Source: a virus
Taxonomy: Duplodnaviria > Caudoviricetes
DNA length: 64,000 nt
IMG/VR virus record: IMGVR_UViG_3300000203_000003
Coordinates: 32,001 to 96,000 of that record
Direction: 5' to 3' (one strand)
This document shows positions 1 through 9,683 of the stretch, one piece after another. Under the pieces are notes generated by a model that searched no databases, was not told the origin of the DNA, and saw only the letters and a program-made list of their open reading frames with translations. The translations under genes were made by a program, and so were the position numbers. Every line of letters begins with the position of its first letter. Positions within the stretch are counted from its first letter, which is position 1.

Positions 1-14
1 GTGATCTTACTCCG

Positions 15-290
15 GTGGTAGTGGATAGAACCCGGATATTAACAAATGTCCGTACTCTACGTCCGTTGCGAAAGTTTGATGTGAAGCGCAAGTTACACTA
101 TAAGCATGAATACTGGTTCAAGGATGAACAGGATCGTGCAGTCTTGATCATGCTGGAGCATATCAACTCATGTAAATCTTTGTTTGAGCGAGAGTTCAAA
201 AAGGAATCAACTGTGATGCGAATCACCGGCTTCGCAACATCACAAGATGACCATTCTTACTTCAAAGTAAATAAATGGGAAGTTGAATAA
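15..290 (+). CDS. hypothetical protein, probably 5'-truncated by the window edge
   Basis: ORF track; stop abuts the next gene start. Confidence 0.5.
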   Translation: MVVDRTRILTNVRTLRPLRKFDVKRKLHYKHEYWFKDEQDRAVLIMLEHINSCKSLFEREFKKESTVMRITGFATSQDDHSYFKVNKWEVE

Positions 291-782
291 ATGAGTGGTT
301 ATGTATATTTAATCGGCTCACCGTTATTCGGTTGGTATAAGATTGGAAAATCTAAAACACCCGAGATTCGTGTAAACCACCTTGGTATTTTATTACCATT
401 CAAGATTCATATCATTGGAGTATGGAGTGCTAAAAATCATAGTCTCCTAGAAACAACATTACATGAAAAATATAGGGATCAGGCGATTAATGGTGAATGG
501 TTTGAATTCACGAAAAGGGGAGTGTACGATGTTTTCAATTCACTCCCAGTTGAGGCCAGAGTATATCCGATAGAAAATACAGTGCATCCGTTGGATAGAT
601 TTTCAAATATAGTGGAAGATACAAAAGATACATCTAAAGGAATACGAAAAATTTTAGGATTAAAAGTCCAAAAACTACGAGGGAATTTCACTTCTGCTGA
701 ACGAGAAGAAAAGCGTTTTGCTTCGATGGCAGAGCGAAAGGCAAAGAAGGAACATAAAAATAGTCTGCATAATCCAGACTAA
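291..782 (+). CDS. T5orf172/MUG113-like GIY-YIG domain protein
   Basis: GYVYLI..YKIGKS...R...LETTLH...GEWF motif. Confidence 0.8.
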   Translation: MSGYVYLIGSPLFGWYKIGKSKTPEIRVNHLGILLPFKIHIIGVWSAKNHSLLETTLHEKYRDQAINGEWFEFTKRGVYDVFNSLPVEARVYPIENTVHPLDRFSNIVEDTKDTSKGIRKILGLKVQKLRGNFTSAEREEKRFASMAERKAKKEHKNSLHNPD

Positions 783-867
783 ATAGAATTGTGCTGATAG
801 GCAGCACAACTTAACAGAGTTTAATGTGGGCCCTTACTCTGTGGGCCGTTACAATAAGGAAGTAAAA

Positions 868-1758
868 ATGATGTATAATCAAAAATTAGTCGCCTCTTTA
901 AAGGCAAACGGGCGCATCCTCAGAGAAATCAAAGACAATGTTCTTCTCCCTTTCGGATGTGAATACTCTCTGCTACTGAAAAATCTCAATACAGTTCGTG
1001 CTGTGGTCAATGTGTTCATTGACGGTGAAGATCAATGCCCCGGTGGCCTTGTTCTTAACGCCGGCCAAGAAATTGATCTGGAACGCTCAATCAAAAACAA
1101 CAATCTGAACGAGGGCAACCGATTCAAGTTCATTGAACGAACCGGAGCAGTAGAAGCCGGCCCCCGTGGTATCAAGTTGGAAGACGGTATCATCCGAATT
1201 GAATTTCAATTTGAAAAGTATGTCGCTCCCTCTCAAACACTATGGGGTTCAACGTGGAACGATCAATGGAAGAACAGCAACCTTTGTTACCCAGCTGGTG
1301 CCCGAAACATAGGCAGCACATCAGGCTCTCTAGGGAACTTCACTAATGTCGGCGGTGTGATGCGTTCGATTGATACCAGTAAAGGTGAGTTCGTTAAGAC
1401 ACAGGCATCGCAAAACATAAACCAATATTGTGCTGACAACAACATCCAATGTAGCGCCCAGAGTATTCACGATGGCTTGGCGACAATGGATTCGTATAGT
1501 CCGCCGAAGAACGACATTGGCATCACTGTACCAGGTAGCAAGAGTGAACAAAAGTTTTACACAGCAACGATGGGCGCGCTTGATCCAGAGAAACATTCTA
1601 TCGTGTTGAAACTACTCGGTGAAATGGCAGGCGGCGAGAAGATTCTGTCTCCACTGACTGTACATTACAAACCGAAGTGTCAGACATGCGGCAAACAGAA
1701 TAAAGCAACGGCGCATTTCTGTTCGGAATGCGGCACTGCGTTAGAAATTTTTGCGTAA
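868..1758 (+). CDS. hypothetical protein with C-terminal double zinc ribbon
   Basis: CQTCG...FCSECG at C-terminus; AAGGA RBS before ATG 868. Confidence 0.7.
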   Translation: MMYNQKLVASLKANGRILREIKDNVLLPFGCEYSLLLKNLNTVRAVVNVFIDGEDQCPGGLVLNAGQEIDLERSIKNNNLNEGNRFKFIERTGAVEAGPRGIKLEDGIIRIEFQFEKYVAPSQTLWGSTWNDQWKNSNLCYPAGARNIGSTSGSLGNFTNVGGVMRSIDTSKGEFVKTQASQNINQYCADNNIQCSAQSIHDGLATMDSYSPPKNDIGITVPGSKSEQKFYTATMGALDPEKHSIVLKLLGEMAGGEKILSPLTVHYKPKCQTCGKQNKATAHFCSECGTALEIFA

Positions 1759-1762
1759 AATC

Positions 1763-1782
1763 AGCCCCGGAAACGGGGCTTT
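1763..1782 (+). terminator. intrinsic terminator
   Basis: AGCCCC-GGAAAC-GGGGCT hairpin plus short T run just after stop. Confidence 0.65.
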
Positions 1783-1789
1783 CCTACGG

Positions 1790-1818
1790 TTGACATTTAA
1801 TCATTTTGGGTATATAAT
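1790..1818 (+). promoter_or_regulatory. sigma70-type early promoter
   Basis: TTGACA-N17-TATAAT perfect consensus. Confidence 0.85.
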
Positions 1819-1848
1819 ACTAACATCAACTCGCAAAACGGAACTAAA

Positions 1849-2085
1849 ATGAAACAATTTAATCAATCCCAGAAGATTCGGGTCATCGTCAGCGGTGTCG
1901 GCTTCTATACGACTGTTAAAGAAATTCGGAACAGTTTGTTCTGCTTCACCGCGCAAAATGCAGCGGTGCAAAAGGCAGTCTGTGCGCTTGAGTTCATTCG
2001 CTCAGGCAAAGGCGCTGCTGACAAATGCGCGTCTGGTCTCGGCGGAACCTGGGAAGGTCTGCAAGTTCAAATTGATTTGATCTAG
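1849..2085 (+). CDS. small early hypothetical protein
   Basis: ORF downstream of consensus promoter, GGA RBS. Confidence 0.7.
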   Translation: MKQFNQSQKIRVIVSGVGFYTTVKEIRNSLFCFTAQNAAVQKAVCALEFIRSGKGAADKCASGLGGTWEGLQVQIDLI

Positions 2086-2093
2086 GAAACAAA

Positions 2094-2339
2094 ATGCTTA
2101 CAAACGATCTGAAAAAAGGTGCCCGCGTTAAACTACGCAACGGCTGGATGGCTACTGTCATGGACAACGCCCGAGGCAACACCCGCATGTGTGAGGTCGA
2201 AGGACTCTACACCGAGACAGGTTCTGTATATGCTCACGACATTGTGACATGCTACCTCTTCGACGGATCATGTGTTCCTGTGGAGCACACTGAAAAGCAA
2301 ATGAAACTCCGTGAACAAGCCGCAGTTTTTGGATTCTGA
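2094..2339 (+). CDS. small early hypothetical protein
   Basis: AGGA RBS, operon packing. Confidence 0.7.
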   Translation: MLTNDLKKGARVKLRNGWMATVMDNARGNTRMCEVEGLYTETGSVYAHDIVTCYLFDGSCVPVEHTEKQMKLREQAAVFGF

Positions 2340-2563
2340 TGGAAGACTTCCTGAAACGACCACTGATGATTGGGGACAGCGTTGTCCTCATGCACCCCTT
2401 TTACAAATGTTTGCTTTTGGCCCGAGTGACCAAGTTTACCGCAAAGGGAAATGATTGCTACGTTAGTTGGGGACCAAGTCCATACCAAGAAAAACGTCAA
2501 CGTGGCGAACAACTCGTAAAGGTTGATGGCCCCGATTTAACAGCGTACCTACTGAAAAAATGA
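2339..2563 (+). CDS. small hypothetical protein
   Basis: TGATG coupling with upstream ORF. Confidence 0.65.
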   Translation: MEDFLKRPLMIGDSVVLMHPFYKCLLLARVTKFTAKGNDCYVSWGPSPYQEKRQRGEQLVKVDGPDLTAYLLKK

Positions 2564-2799
2564 TGACTCACCAAGAAAAAGTTGACGCCAACGTTCTGGC
2601 ACTGCAAGCAAAGATGCAGCAGAAAAACGCTGATCGCCCAAGCGCGAACTGGCAGACAATCGCCGACGTTGACTGGGAAGACCTGGAATACTACATCGGA
2701 AAATGTCGCCTGACGCGAGACAAGGATTCCTTTGGCATGGCGATCACCATCCTGACCGCTCTGAAAGATCAGGTTCTGAACCGAAAACCCAATGGTTGA
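2560..2799 (+). CDS. small hypothetical protein
   Basis: ATGA overlap. Confidence 0.65.
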   Translation: MMTHQEKVDANVLALQAKMQQKNADRPSANWQTIADVDWEDLEYYIGKCRLTRDKDSFGMAITILTALKDQVLNRKPNG

Positions 2800-2846
2800 C
2801 ATTAAATGGGTTTTCTGATATAATTGATACTTCAATCGAAACAAGG
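2796..2846 (+). repeat. 51-bp direct repeat copy 1 containing a sigma70 promoter and RBS
   Basis: identical to 3082..3132; TTGACA-N17-TATAAT. Confidence 0.9.
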
Positions 2847-2852
2847 TCTCAA

Positions 2853-3065
2853 ATGCTTACAACTCTTGCACAATTCATCCGGGAAGTAAACACTATCGTC
2901 GGCCCCACAGGAAAGTTTACTGCTAATACCAATGACAAGATCATTGATGTGTTTGAGTATGACTGTACCGACGACCTCATGGACGATATCTACGGATACA
3001 GTGACCTAGTAACGCCCGAACCTTTCCGCAGCGCAATGTTCAATCTGGGCTTCAAAGAGTTCTGA
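2853..3065 (+). CDS. small hypothetical protein between the promoter repeats
   Basis: ATG 2853 follows AAGG at end of repeat. Confidence 0.7.
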   Translation: MLTTLAQFIREVNTIVGPTGKFTANTNDKIIDVFEYDCTDDLMDDIYGYSDLVTPEPFRSAMFNLGFKEF

Positions 3066-3081
3066 TACTCGGACCCGTTTA

Positions 3082-3132
3082 TTGACATTAAATGGGTTTT
3101 CTGATATAATTGATACTTCAATCGAAACAAGG
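3082..3132 (+). repeat. 51-bp direct repeat copy 2 containing a sigma70 promoter and RBS
   Basis: identical to 2796..2846. Confidence 0.9.
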
Positions 3133-3141
3133 AATTAATAA

Positions 3142-4188
3142 ATGGCTACAGTTCGTATTCTCAATGGCTCATATCGCAATCAACCTGTGGTCAATCAAAC
3201 ATTCACCTTGGTGAAAGGTTTCCAAACAGGTAAGACGGGTAGCTGGGTCACTGTAAAGAACGAAGGACAGTTCCCGCAGTTCGCTATTGACGAGGTCAAG
3301 ATCAAGGTCGGTAGCATCCAGGAACTCACATTCAACGGCGTCACGGTTGCTGATCAAATTGAAGATCATATCGAACTGGCGCCGGCCAAGCAAGTACAAG
3401 TTGAAACTGACGAGGCAGCAATGGATCGCATTGCTACTCGTTTCTCTGTTTTGGACGACATGTCCAAAGCTGCAATCAACGGCGACATTCGTGCAATGAT
3501 CGTCAGCGGTCCTCCTGGCGTCGGCAAGTCTTTCGGAGTCGAAACGCAACTGAACAAGGCGATCATGTTTGATCAGATCGCAGGCAAGAAGGTTCGCTTC
3601 AACATCGTTAAGGGTGCGATGACCGCGCTTGGTCTTTACGCTCAACTTTACAAATACAGTGACAAGAAAAACGTTCTGGTGTTCGATGACTGTGATTCAG
3701 TTTTCGCTGATGATCTGTCCCTGAACATTCTGAAGGCTGCGCTCGACTCTGGCAAGAATCGCAAGATTTGCTGGAACTCTGATTCGCGTCTGTTGCGCGA
3801 AGAAGGCATCCCGAATCAATTCAACTTCGCAGGCTCTGCGATTTTCATCACCAATTTGAAGTTCTCCAGTGTCAAGTCCAAGAAGTTGCAGGATCACTTG
3901 GAGGCTCTCCAATCTCGTTGTCACTTTCTTGACCTGACCGTGGATTCGGTAAGGGATAAACTTCTGCGTATCAAACAGGTCAATCGGGATGCTGATGGTG
4001 GTCTGTTCGTTGATTATGACTTTGATAACGGTGAGGGTGATATGATTATTGAATACATGGAGCAAAATCAAACCTCGTTAAATGAGATTTCAATGCGTAT
4101 GTGTTTGAAGATCGCCGACCTTGTCAAGATCAGTCCTAGTAACTGGCGCAATCTGGCCAATGTCACTTGCTGTAAAAATAAGCATTGA
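3142..4188 (+). CDS. AAA-family ATPase
   Basis: Walker A GPPGVGKS, Walker B VLVFDD, sensor FITN, ALQSR arginine finger. Confidence 0.85.
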   Translation: MATVRILNGSYRNQPVVNQTFTLVKGFQTGKTGSWVTVKNEGQFPQFAIDEVKIKVGSIQELTFNGVTVADQIEDHIELAPAKQVQVETDEAAMDRIATRFSVLDDMSKAAINGDIRAMIVSGPPGVGKSFGVETQLNKAIMFDQIAGKKVRFNIVKGAMTALGLYAQLYKYSDKKNVLVFDDCDSVFADDLSLNILKAALDSGKNRKICWNSDSRLLREEGIPNQFNFAGSAIFITNLKFSSVKSKKLQDHLEALQSRCHFLDLTVDSVRDKLLRIKQVNRDADGGLFVDYDFDNGEGDMIIEYMEQNQTSLNEISMRMCLKIADLVKISPSNWRNLANVTCCKNKH

Positions 4189-4830
4189 TTTACAATTAGT
4201 GAAGTGGAAACGCTTCATATTTCCTTGACCCCCTGTTTGCCCACATTGTGGGCAAACCAATATTTGCTGTGGTTTGTGCTTTTGTCCGCGATTTGAGTTT
4301 GCTATCTTGGCAACCATTTCCGGAGATTTAGATACACCTAGCATCCTCAAACTTTTCCTTTTATTGGCTTCTGCGGAGTGTTTTGATATTTTCTTACCTG
4401 TCCGTGTGAGGGAGCGTTTCACCATAGAAGCCGCCGACATTTTCCTGCCTAACTGGGCCTTCCGCATTTTCTCTTTGGTAGCGTCAGACAGGGATTTCCC
4501 GGATAGTGCCGTGCGGCGCATCTCACTAAATTCATGTTTCAATGTCTCATATACTCTAGGCGCCATTCGATGAGATCCTGTGTGACACATCAATTTAATA
4601 GCATAAATCATTTTTTCGCGTGCCGCACCTTCAAGCATTTTAGGTAATAACCAGTGGCAGATGAAGTGTTCTCTGGCAGTTAGTTTGACGAGATTATTTT
4701 GGGTGTTATCTCAGCCAATAGACTTGGGTACGATGTGATGCCGTTCTGTATAACAGGGCAATATTCGGTTTTTGGCTCGTTCTATTATTCGGTAATAAGT
4801 TGCGGTATATTTGTTGTTGATAAATATCAT
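4090..4830 (-). pseudogene. HNH homing endonuclease with NUMOD3-like repeats, in-frame TGA at 4711-4713
   Basis: Frame from ATG 4830 reads ...ERHHIVPKSIG*DNTQNNLVKLTAREHFICHWLL, matching the intact paralogue at 14094..14894. Confidence 0.85.
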
Positions 4831-4831
4831 T

Positions 4832-4897
4832 GCTGGTGTCCTCTACGACATTAGAGAGGGCGGAGATTGCAGTCTCGTGGCTCTCACTTCTATTTAT
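4832..4897 (+). ncRNA. endonuclease-associated two-hairpin element, copy 1
   Basis: GCTG-stem-TAG A GAGGGC G stem GTG GCTCTC ACTTCTATTTAT; covaries with four other copies. Confidence 0.7.
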
Positions 4898-4941
4898 TCC
4901 GTTTCTATTGCTTCTATGAATTCAGTAGTGTATAATAAGTA

Positions 4942-6423
4942 ATGACAAAAAAATGTATTATACATATAGCCGATGAAGTGAACCTCAAGATTACCGGCCT
5001 GGAACTTTCGGAGCGAAAGGCCCTGATGAAGCTATTCTCCTTCGATGTGCCGGGAGCGCGATATATGCCAAGTGTCCGATTGGGGCGCTGGGATGGCAAG
5101 GTCAGCTTCTTCTCACTGGGTGGGTCAAGCTACATCAATCTGCTTGAAGAAATCATCCCCGTAGTTGATCGCGCAGGATACGACATTGAAGTAGAAGATA
5201 CCCGAGACTATTCAACATCGTTTACATTCGACATGGTCAAAGAAGATACATATTCCTCGACACTATGGCCCAAGGGGCATCCGGTTGAAGGCACGCCGAT
5301 CATGCTACGTGACTATCAAGTTGAAATCGTGAATAACTTCCTGGCGAACCCACAATGTCTCCAGGAGATTGCCACAGGTGCTGGCAAGACTTTGATGACA
5401 GCATCGTTAAGCAAGAGCGTTGAAGCATATGGACGATCAATCGTTATCGTCCCTAACATTAGTCTGGTCACACAAACAGAAGCAGATTACATCAACATGG
5501 GACTTGACGTTGGGGTATACTTCGGCGGCAGAAAAGAGATTGGCAAAACGCACACAATCTGCACCTGGCAATCATTAAATGTTCTGCTGAAGAATACTAA
5601 AGCGGGTACCGGTGACACAACTATCGGTGAGTTTCTTGAAGGTGTTGTCTGTGTCATTGTTGACGAGGTGCACCAGGCCAAGGCAGATGCGCTGAAAACA
5701 TTGCTGACAGGCGTGATGGCGAAGATACCAATCAGATGGGGTCTGACTGGTACGATACCTAAAGCGAAGTTTGAAAGTCAAGCATTGCTTGTCAGTCTTG
5801 GTCCTGTTATTAATAAGTTGGCAGCATCAGAATTACAAGAACAAGGGGTGTTGGCAAATTGCCATGTGAACATCATTCAATTACAAGACAAGGTTGAGTA
5901 TACGAATTATCAGCAAGAGTTAAAATATCTTGTCAGTGATGACACACGAATGACGGCGATTGCCAGTGAGATTGCTAAAGTAAATCGAACCGGTAACACT
6001 CTGGTACTTGTTGACCGAATTGAAGCAGGCGAAATACTGTTGAGTAAACTCGCCGGCCATAGCACACTCAAAGATGATGTGGTGTTCGTATCAGGCGGGA
6101 CCAAGTCATCTACCCGCACAGAACAATATGAAGATGTGGCCACAGCAACAAATAAGATCATCATTGCCACATACGGTGTAGCAGCAGTTGGTATTAATAT
6201 TCCTCGGTTATTCAACGTTGTGTTGATCGAACCAGGGAAGAGTTTTGTCCGAACTATTCAAAGTATCGGACGAGGGTTGCGTATGGCCCACGACAAATCG
6301 TTTGTTCAAATAACGGATATCACTTCAAGTTGTAAGTTCTCTAAGAGGCATCTTACCCAAAGAAAAGCTTTCTACAAGGATGCGAAGTATCCCTTCGATG
6401 TAACTAAAGTCAACTACAAATAA
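4942..6423 (+). CDS. uvsW: UvsW-like SF2 DNA helicase
   Basis: LRDYQ, ATGAGKT, DEVH, LTGT, QSIGRGLR motifs. Confidence 0.9.
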   Translation: MTKKCIIHIADEVNLKITGLELSERKALMKLFSFDVPGARYMPSVRLGRWDGKVSFFSLGGSSYINLLEEIIPVVDRAGYDIEVEDTRDYSTSFTFDMVKEDTYSSTLWPKGHPVEGTPIMLRDYQVEIVNNFLANPQCLQEIATGAGKTLMTASLSKSVEAYGRSIVIVPNISLVTQTEADYINMGLDVGVYFGGRKEIGKTHTICTWQSLNVLLKNTKAGTGDTTIGEFLEGVVCVIVDEVHQAKADALKTLLTGVMAKIPIRWGLTGTIPKAKFESQALLVSLGPVINKLAASELQEQGVLANCHVNIIQLQDKVEYTNYQQELKYLVSDDTRMTAIASEIAKVNRTGNTLVLVDRIEAGEILLSKLAGHSTLKDDVVFVSGGTKSSTRTEQYEDVATATNKIIIATYGVAAVGINIPRLFNVVLIEPGKSFVRTIQSIGRGLRMAHDKSFVQITDITSSCKFSKRHLTQRKAFYKDAKYPFDVTKVNYK

Positions 6424-6424
6424 C

Positions 6425-6454
6425 TTGACAACCCCCTCACTAACCTGCTATAAT
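6425..6454 (+). promoter_or_regulatory. sigma70-type promoter
   Basis: TTGACA-N18-TATAAT, 5 nt before ATG 6460. Confidence 0.7.
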
Positions 6455-6459
6455 ACACT

Positions 6460-6963
6460 ATGTTCATACTTACCCTTGATAATAATTCCAGATACAATCT
6501 TGAAACTCTGCCTGAAGAGATAGATGATTTAAGATTCGCAATTCTGGATAACAGCAATCCTCTCAATGTAGATTATCATTACATTCCGTTGATCTTTCTG
6601 GAATCGTTTAACTCGCCTGCATTAGTTTTGAAGATTGGTAAACACACAATGAAGATGCCTGTTGATTGGCAAATCGTAATCGGCGAAAAAGAACACGGTG
6701 ATCTTGAAACATTGCCACTGACAAGTATCAATGACCGTGGATTCAATGCGTTTGAGTTCAATCCGTTATCTTCATTCTCCCCGACATTTCTGCCTATTGA
6801 AATTGTTGACATTTATAATGATGTGACATGGTATGCCCCGCGATTGAAGAACGGTCAGTTTTTGTGTGTTCCACTAGAAGACGGACCGAAACCGGCATGC
6901 GTTTACTTTGTTAAAGAAGTATCAAGGAACTGTGAAATTATTGACTACGCTCAGGTATTCTGA
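6460..6963 (+). CDS. phage hypothetical protein
   Basis: 167-aa ORF in replication cluster. Confidence 0.75.
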   Translation: MFILTLDNNSRYNLETLPEEIDDLRFAILDNSNPLNVDYHYIPLIFLESFNSPALVLKIGKHTMKMPVDWQIVIGEKEHGDLETLPLTSINDRGFNAFEFNPLSSFSPTFLPIEIVDIYNDVTWYAPRLKNGQFLCVPLEDGPKPACVYFVKEVSRNCEIIDYAQVF

Positions 6964-7262
6964 TGAAAACTCATGCCGAAATTATTAATGAGGTACATGC
7001 TGCTATCGTGAAGGAGTGGCCTACTGAAATGTTAAATGACTTTTTCTTGACAGGCCTGCGAGATGATGATACAATGAGCAAGTATCATATGAATCTAGGT
7101 ATGTACATTCGAAACAAATATAACCTGTGGTCTATTCCATGGACACCGGTAATGGAAGATATGCATGGATGCCAGTGTGATTGTTCACCGTATCATCCTG
7201 ACGCCGTGAGTGGAACTATCATTCAAGAAGTATGGAAAAAGGGAATGCCAAATGGCAACTAA
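6963..7262 (+). CDS. hypothetical protein
   Basis: coupled ORF; YHMNLGMYIRNKYNLW...HPDAVS. Confidence 0.7.
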   Translation: MKTHAEIINEVHAAIVKEWPTEMLNDFFLTGLRDDDTMSKYHMNLGMYIRNKYNLWSIPWTPVMEDMHGCQCDCSPYHPDAVSGTIIQEVWKKGMPNGN

Positions 7263-7842
7263 AGCAAAAGCACCCGGGACAGAAAAGTTCGCTGATCAAG
7301 AGGTTGATCTGTTCGGAATCCTTGCAGCTATTGACAAGAAGGATTACGGATACTATGAACGGCTCAGTGACATTCAACAAAAGAAGGTTGCGCTGTTCAT
7401 TCTTGTTCACTGGACCTCTGCGATAAAAGCATCTGCGGAGATTCAAGGATACTATCTGCGTTCGGTTGATTATCATGCGAACAAGTATCTGTTCAATGAG
7501 AATGTGATGCGTCATCCGAAGTTGATATGGCTGATGTTGTGCGCCAGTTCTCCGGGCCTGGGTAAATATCAGCATCAATGGATTCCGCATATCAGCCCTA
7601 AGGTGTCAACGCTGACAGCGGATGCGAATCTGGCTGATATGAAAAAGTATTACACGAAGCTGTATCCGAAAGCAACAGCAAATGATATCACGGAACTCTC
7701 AAAAGAGTTTGTTCGTGATCAAAAACGAAAACGCTATCTGGCCACAATCTATCCTAATCTGAAACTATCTGATGTTGAAACCCTTAGTCATATCATCACC
7801 GATGAAGAAATCAACCAATACGAAGCCGACCGAGGAAACTAA
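7252..7842 (+). CDS. probable clamp loader small subunit (T4 gp62-like)
   Basis: size, context and FILVHW...ANKY...HQWI pattern reminiscent of gp62. Confidence 0.5.
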   Translation: MATKAKAPGTEKFADQEVDLFGILAAIDKKDYGYYERLSDIQQKKVALFILVHWTSAIKASAEIQGYYLRSVDYHANKYLFNENVMRHPKLIWLMLCASSPGLGKYQHQWIPHISPKVSTLTADANLADMKKYYTKLYPKATANDITELSKEFVRDQKRKRYLATIYPNLKLSDVETLSHIITDEEINQYEADRGN

Positions 7843-8518
7843 ACCGGTATTCTCTTGTGAGTTTTGTCGCAGAGTATTCCTTCGTGAGAAAACCATGTTC
7901 ACGCATATATGTGAGCGGAAACATCGTTGGGCTGAAAAAGATAAACAGGGTCCTCGCATCGGCTTTCAAGCATGGCTACAGTTCTATGCGAAGAATTCAA
8001 TGGGCAAGAAGAATCGCACCCAGGAAGAGTTCATCAAAAGCGCATACTACACGGCGTTCATCAAGTTCGGAACATACTGTGCCGGCGCGAATGTTGTTAA
8101 TGTAAGTAGATACACTGACTGGCTGCTGAAAGAACAGATCCGAATTGACAGTTGGAATCAAGATACCAACTATACCAAATTCCTTATAGAGTATATCCGC
8201 GTCGAGGATCCGATGGATGCGCTGGCCCGCAGCATTGAAACGACAATCAAAATGGCTGAAACGGAACGGATTTTGGCGCATGATATTCTGCGTTATGGGA
8301 ACCCGAATAAGATATGCTATCAAATCACGCTTGGAAAGATAAGTCCCTGGATGCTTTACCAGAGCGAAAGTGGCGTAGAGTTTTTATCAAAACTAAATGC
8401 TGACCAAGTACGAATCATTAATGACTACATAAATCCCGAGCAATGGGCAATCAAGTTTAAACGGGATCCGGAATCAGCAACGCAAGTAAAAGACTTATTG
8501 GTCGCTGCTGGCTATTAA
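7802..8518 (+). CDS. hypothetical protein with N-terminal zinc finger
   Basis: FSCEFC...F...H.C motif. Confidence 0.7.
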   Translation: MKKSTNTKPTEETKPVFSCEFCRRVFLREKTMFTHICERKHRWAEKDKQGPRIGFQAWLQFYAKNSMGKKNRTQEEFIKSAYYTAFIKFGTYCAGANVVNVSRYTDWLLKEQIRIDSWNQDTNYTKFLIEYIRVEDPMDALARSIETTIKMAETERILAHDILRYGNPNKICYQITLGKISPWMLYQSESGVEFLSKLNADQVRIINDYINPEQWAIKFKRDPESATQVKDLLVAAGY

Positions 8519-9087
8519 TTTAGCTGCTTTGGTTGCTTTACATTTAGCAATACTTTCAGCAGTATTAGTATTAAGTGTTCCGTTCTTGCGCCTGCTCTCT
8601 TTTAATTTAGCTTTGCTCTCATCAGTCCAAGTATTGAGATTACCGTTTTTGCGTCTGGTAGCGATTCGCTTGGCGATATTCTCCGGAGTAGGTTTTAATG
8701 TTCCGTTTGCTGCCATTGTTGCTAATCTTTTTTTGGTGCTTTCAGGCTTAGTTAAGTATGTATTGTTAGACCTCCGCGCCGCGACGACCTTGGCAATTAT
8801 TTCGGGGGTAGTACCGCCGTTACCGGATTCCGGTTTTAAGTTGGCCCATTCATCACTCTCGACAACGTTCCATTCTTCACTGTAATGGATTCCCATTCTT
8901 TAAGTTCATCTTTGGATTGGCACTCGCGGATTATTTCGGTTGTTATATCTTTGCCGTGTTTATTTAAATGGCGCTCCCAATGTAAACCTGAACCGAGGTA
9001 TTTGTGAGGATCTTTGCGTTTTGTCTGACAGAGGTATTTTAGACCGGTAATATTATGGGTCTTTACCATGAGGTAATAAATAGTCAT
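8495..9087 (-). pseudogene. GIY-YIG (Seg-like) endonuclease split by a 1-nt frameshift near 8892-8894
   Basis: IYYLMVK..KYLCQT..YLGSG in one frame continues as (W)GIHYSEEWNVVES..WANL in the -1 frame; basic repeats follow. Confidence 0.8.
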
Positions 9088-9161
9088 GCTGGTGCTCCTT
9101 ATTTAGTTATAGCATTAGAGAGGGTGGGAAGTCCAATTCCGCGATCCTCACTTCTATTTAT
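9088..9161 (+). ncRNA. endonuclease-associated two-hairpin element, copy 2
   Basis: CTGGTGCT/AGCATTAG stem; GAGGGT G GGAA..TTCC GCG ATCCTC ACT. Confidence 0.7.
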
Positions 9162-9168
9162 CTTCGGC

Positions 9169-9197
9169 TTGACATTAAATCATTTTTATGTTATAAT
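9169..9197 (+). promoter_or_regulatory. sigma70-type early promoter for the small-gene array
   Basis: TTGACA-N17-TATAAT. Confidence 0.85.
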
Positions 9198-9228
9198 GTA
9201 TTGTACTTAAAACAAGCAGGATACTGAA

Positions 9229-9453
9229 ATGGATTACAGTAGAGATGTTGACATTGATGTTAAAGATGAGAATCACTTTGACGAACTCCTTGATTGGTGC
9301 GAACAAAATGTAGCCGTGTTGCCAGTTAGTGCAAGTTGCTTGCCGTGGACATGGTCTGGTGATGCTACTCATTCGCCAACTACATCACACAACAATACCT
9401 TCTCCTTTGCGCGTCAGAGCGATGCCATGATGTTTATCCTGAGGTGGTTATGA
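9229..9453 (+). CDS. small LRW-family protein 1
   Basis: ends FILRWL. Confidence 0.75.
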   Translation: MDYSRDVDIDVKDENHFDELLDWCEQNVAVLPVSASCLPWTWSGDATHSPTTSHNNTFSFARQSDAMMFILRWL

Positions 9454-9683
9454 ACGCCAAGCAACGCCGACAAATCGAACGCCGACTCTGCCATAAGGTT
9501 GTCTTCCGCTATAAACCATACACTGATTTTGACGAAGACGACCTGGACGAGGAAGTTCAACACCGGTGTAATAAGAATATCGGACGAGAGAACTGGAGAA
9601 GGGATCAAGGTGGCTGGGCATCTCGTGGATACTTCTTTGCTGATCAGAAGCATGTTACCTTGTTTGTATTGAGGTGGTTATGA
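9450..9683 (+). CDS. small LRW-family protein 2
   Basis: ATGA overlap, ends FVLRWL. Confidence 0.75.
   Translation: MNAKQRRQIERRLCHKVVFRYKPYTDFDEDDLDEEVQHRCNKNIGRENWRRDQGGWASRGYFFADQKHVTLFVLRWL

Noticed and set aside
789-809. TTGTGCTG/CAGCACAA hairpin as a novel RNA
   Set aside because: Single isolated hairpin in a leader; no second copy or other support
4711-4713. TGA read as Gly/Trp (alternative genetic code)
   Set aside because: Many intact genes terminate at TGA, including coupled ATGA junctions; a single nonsense change is simpler
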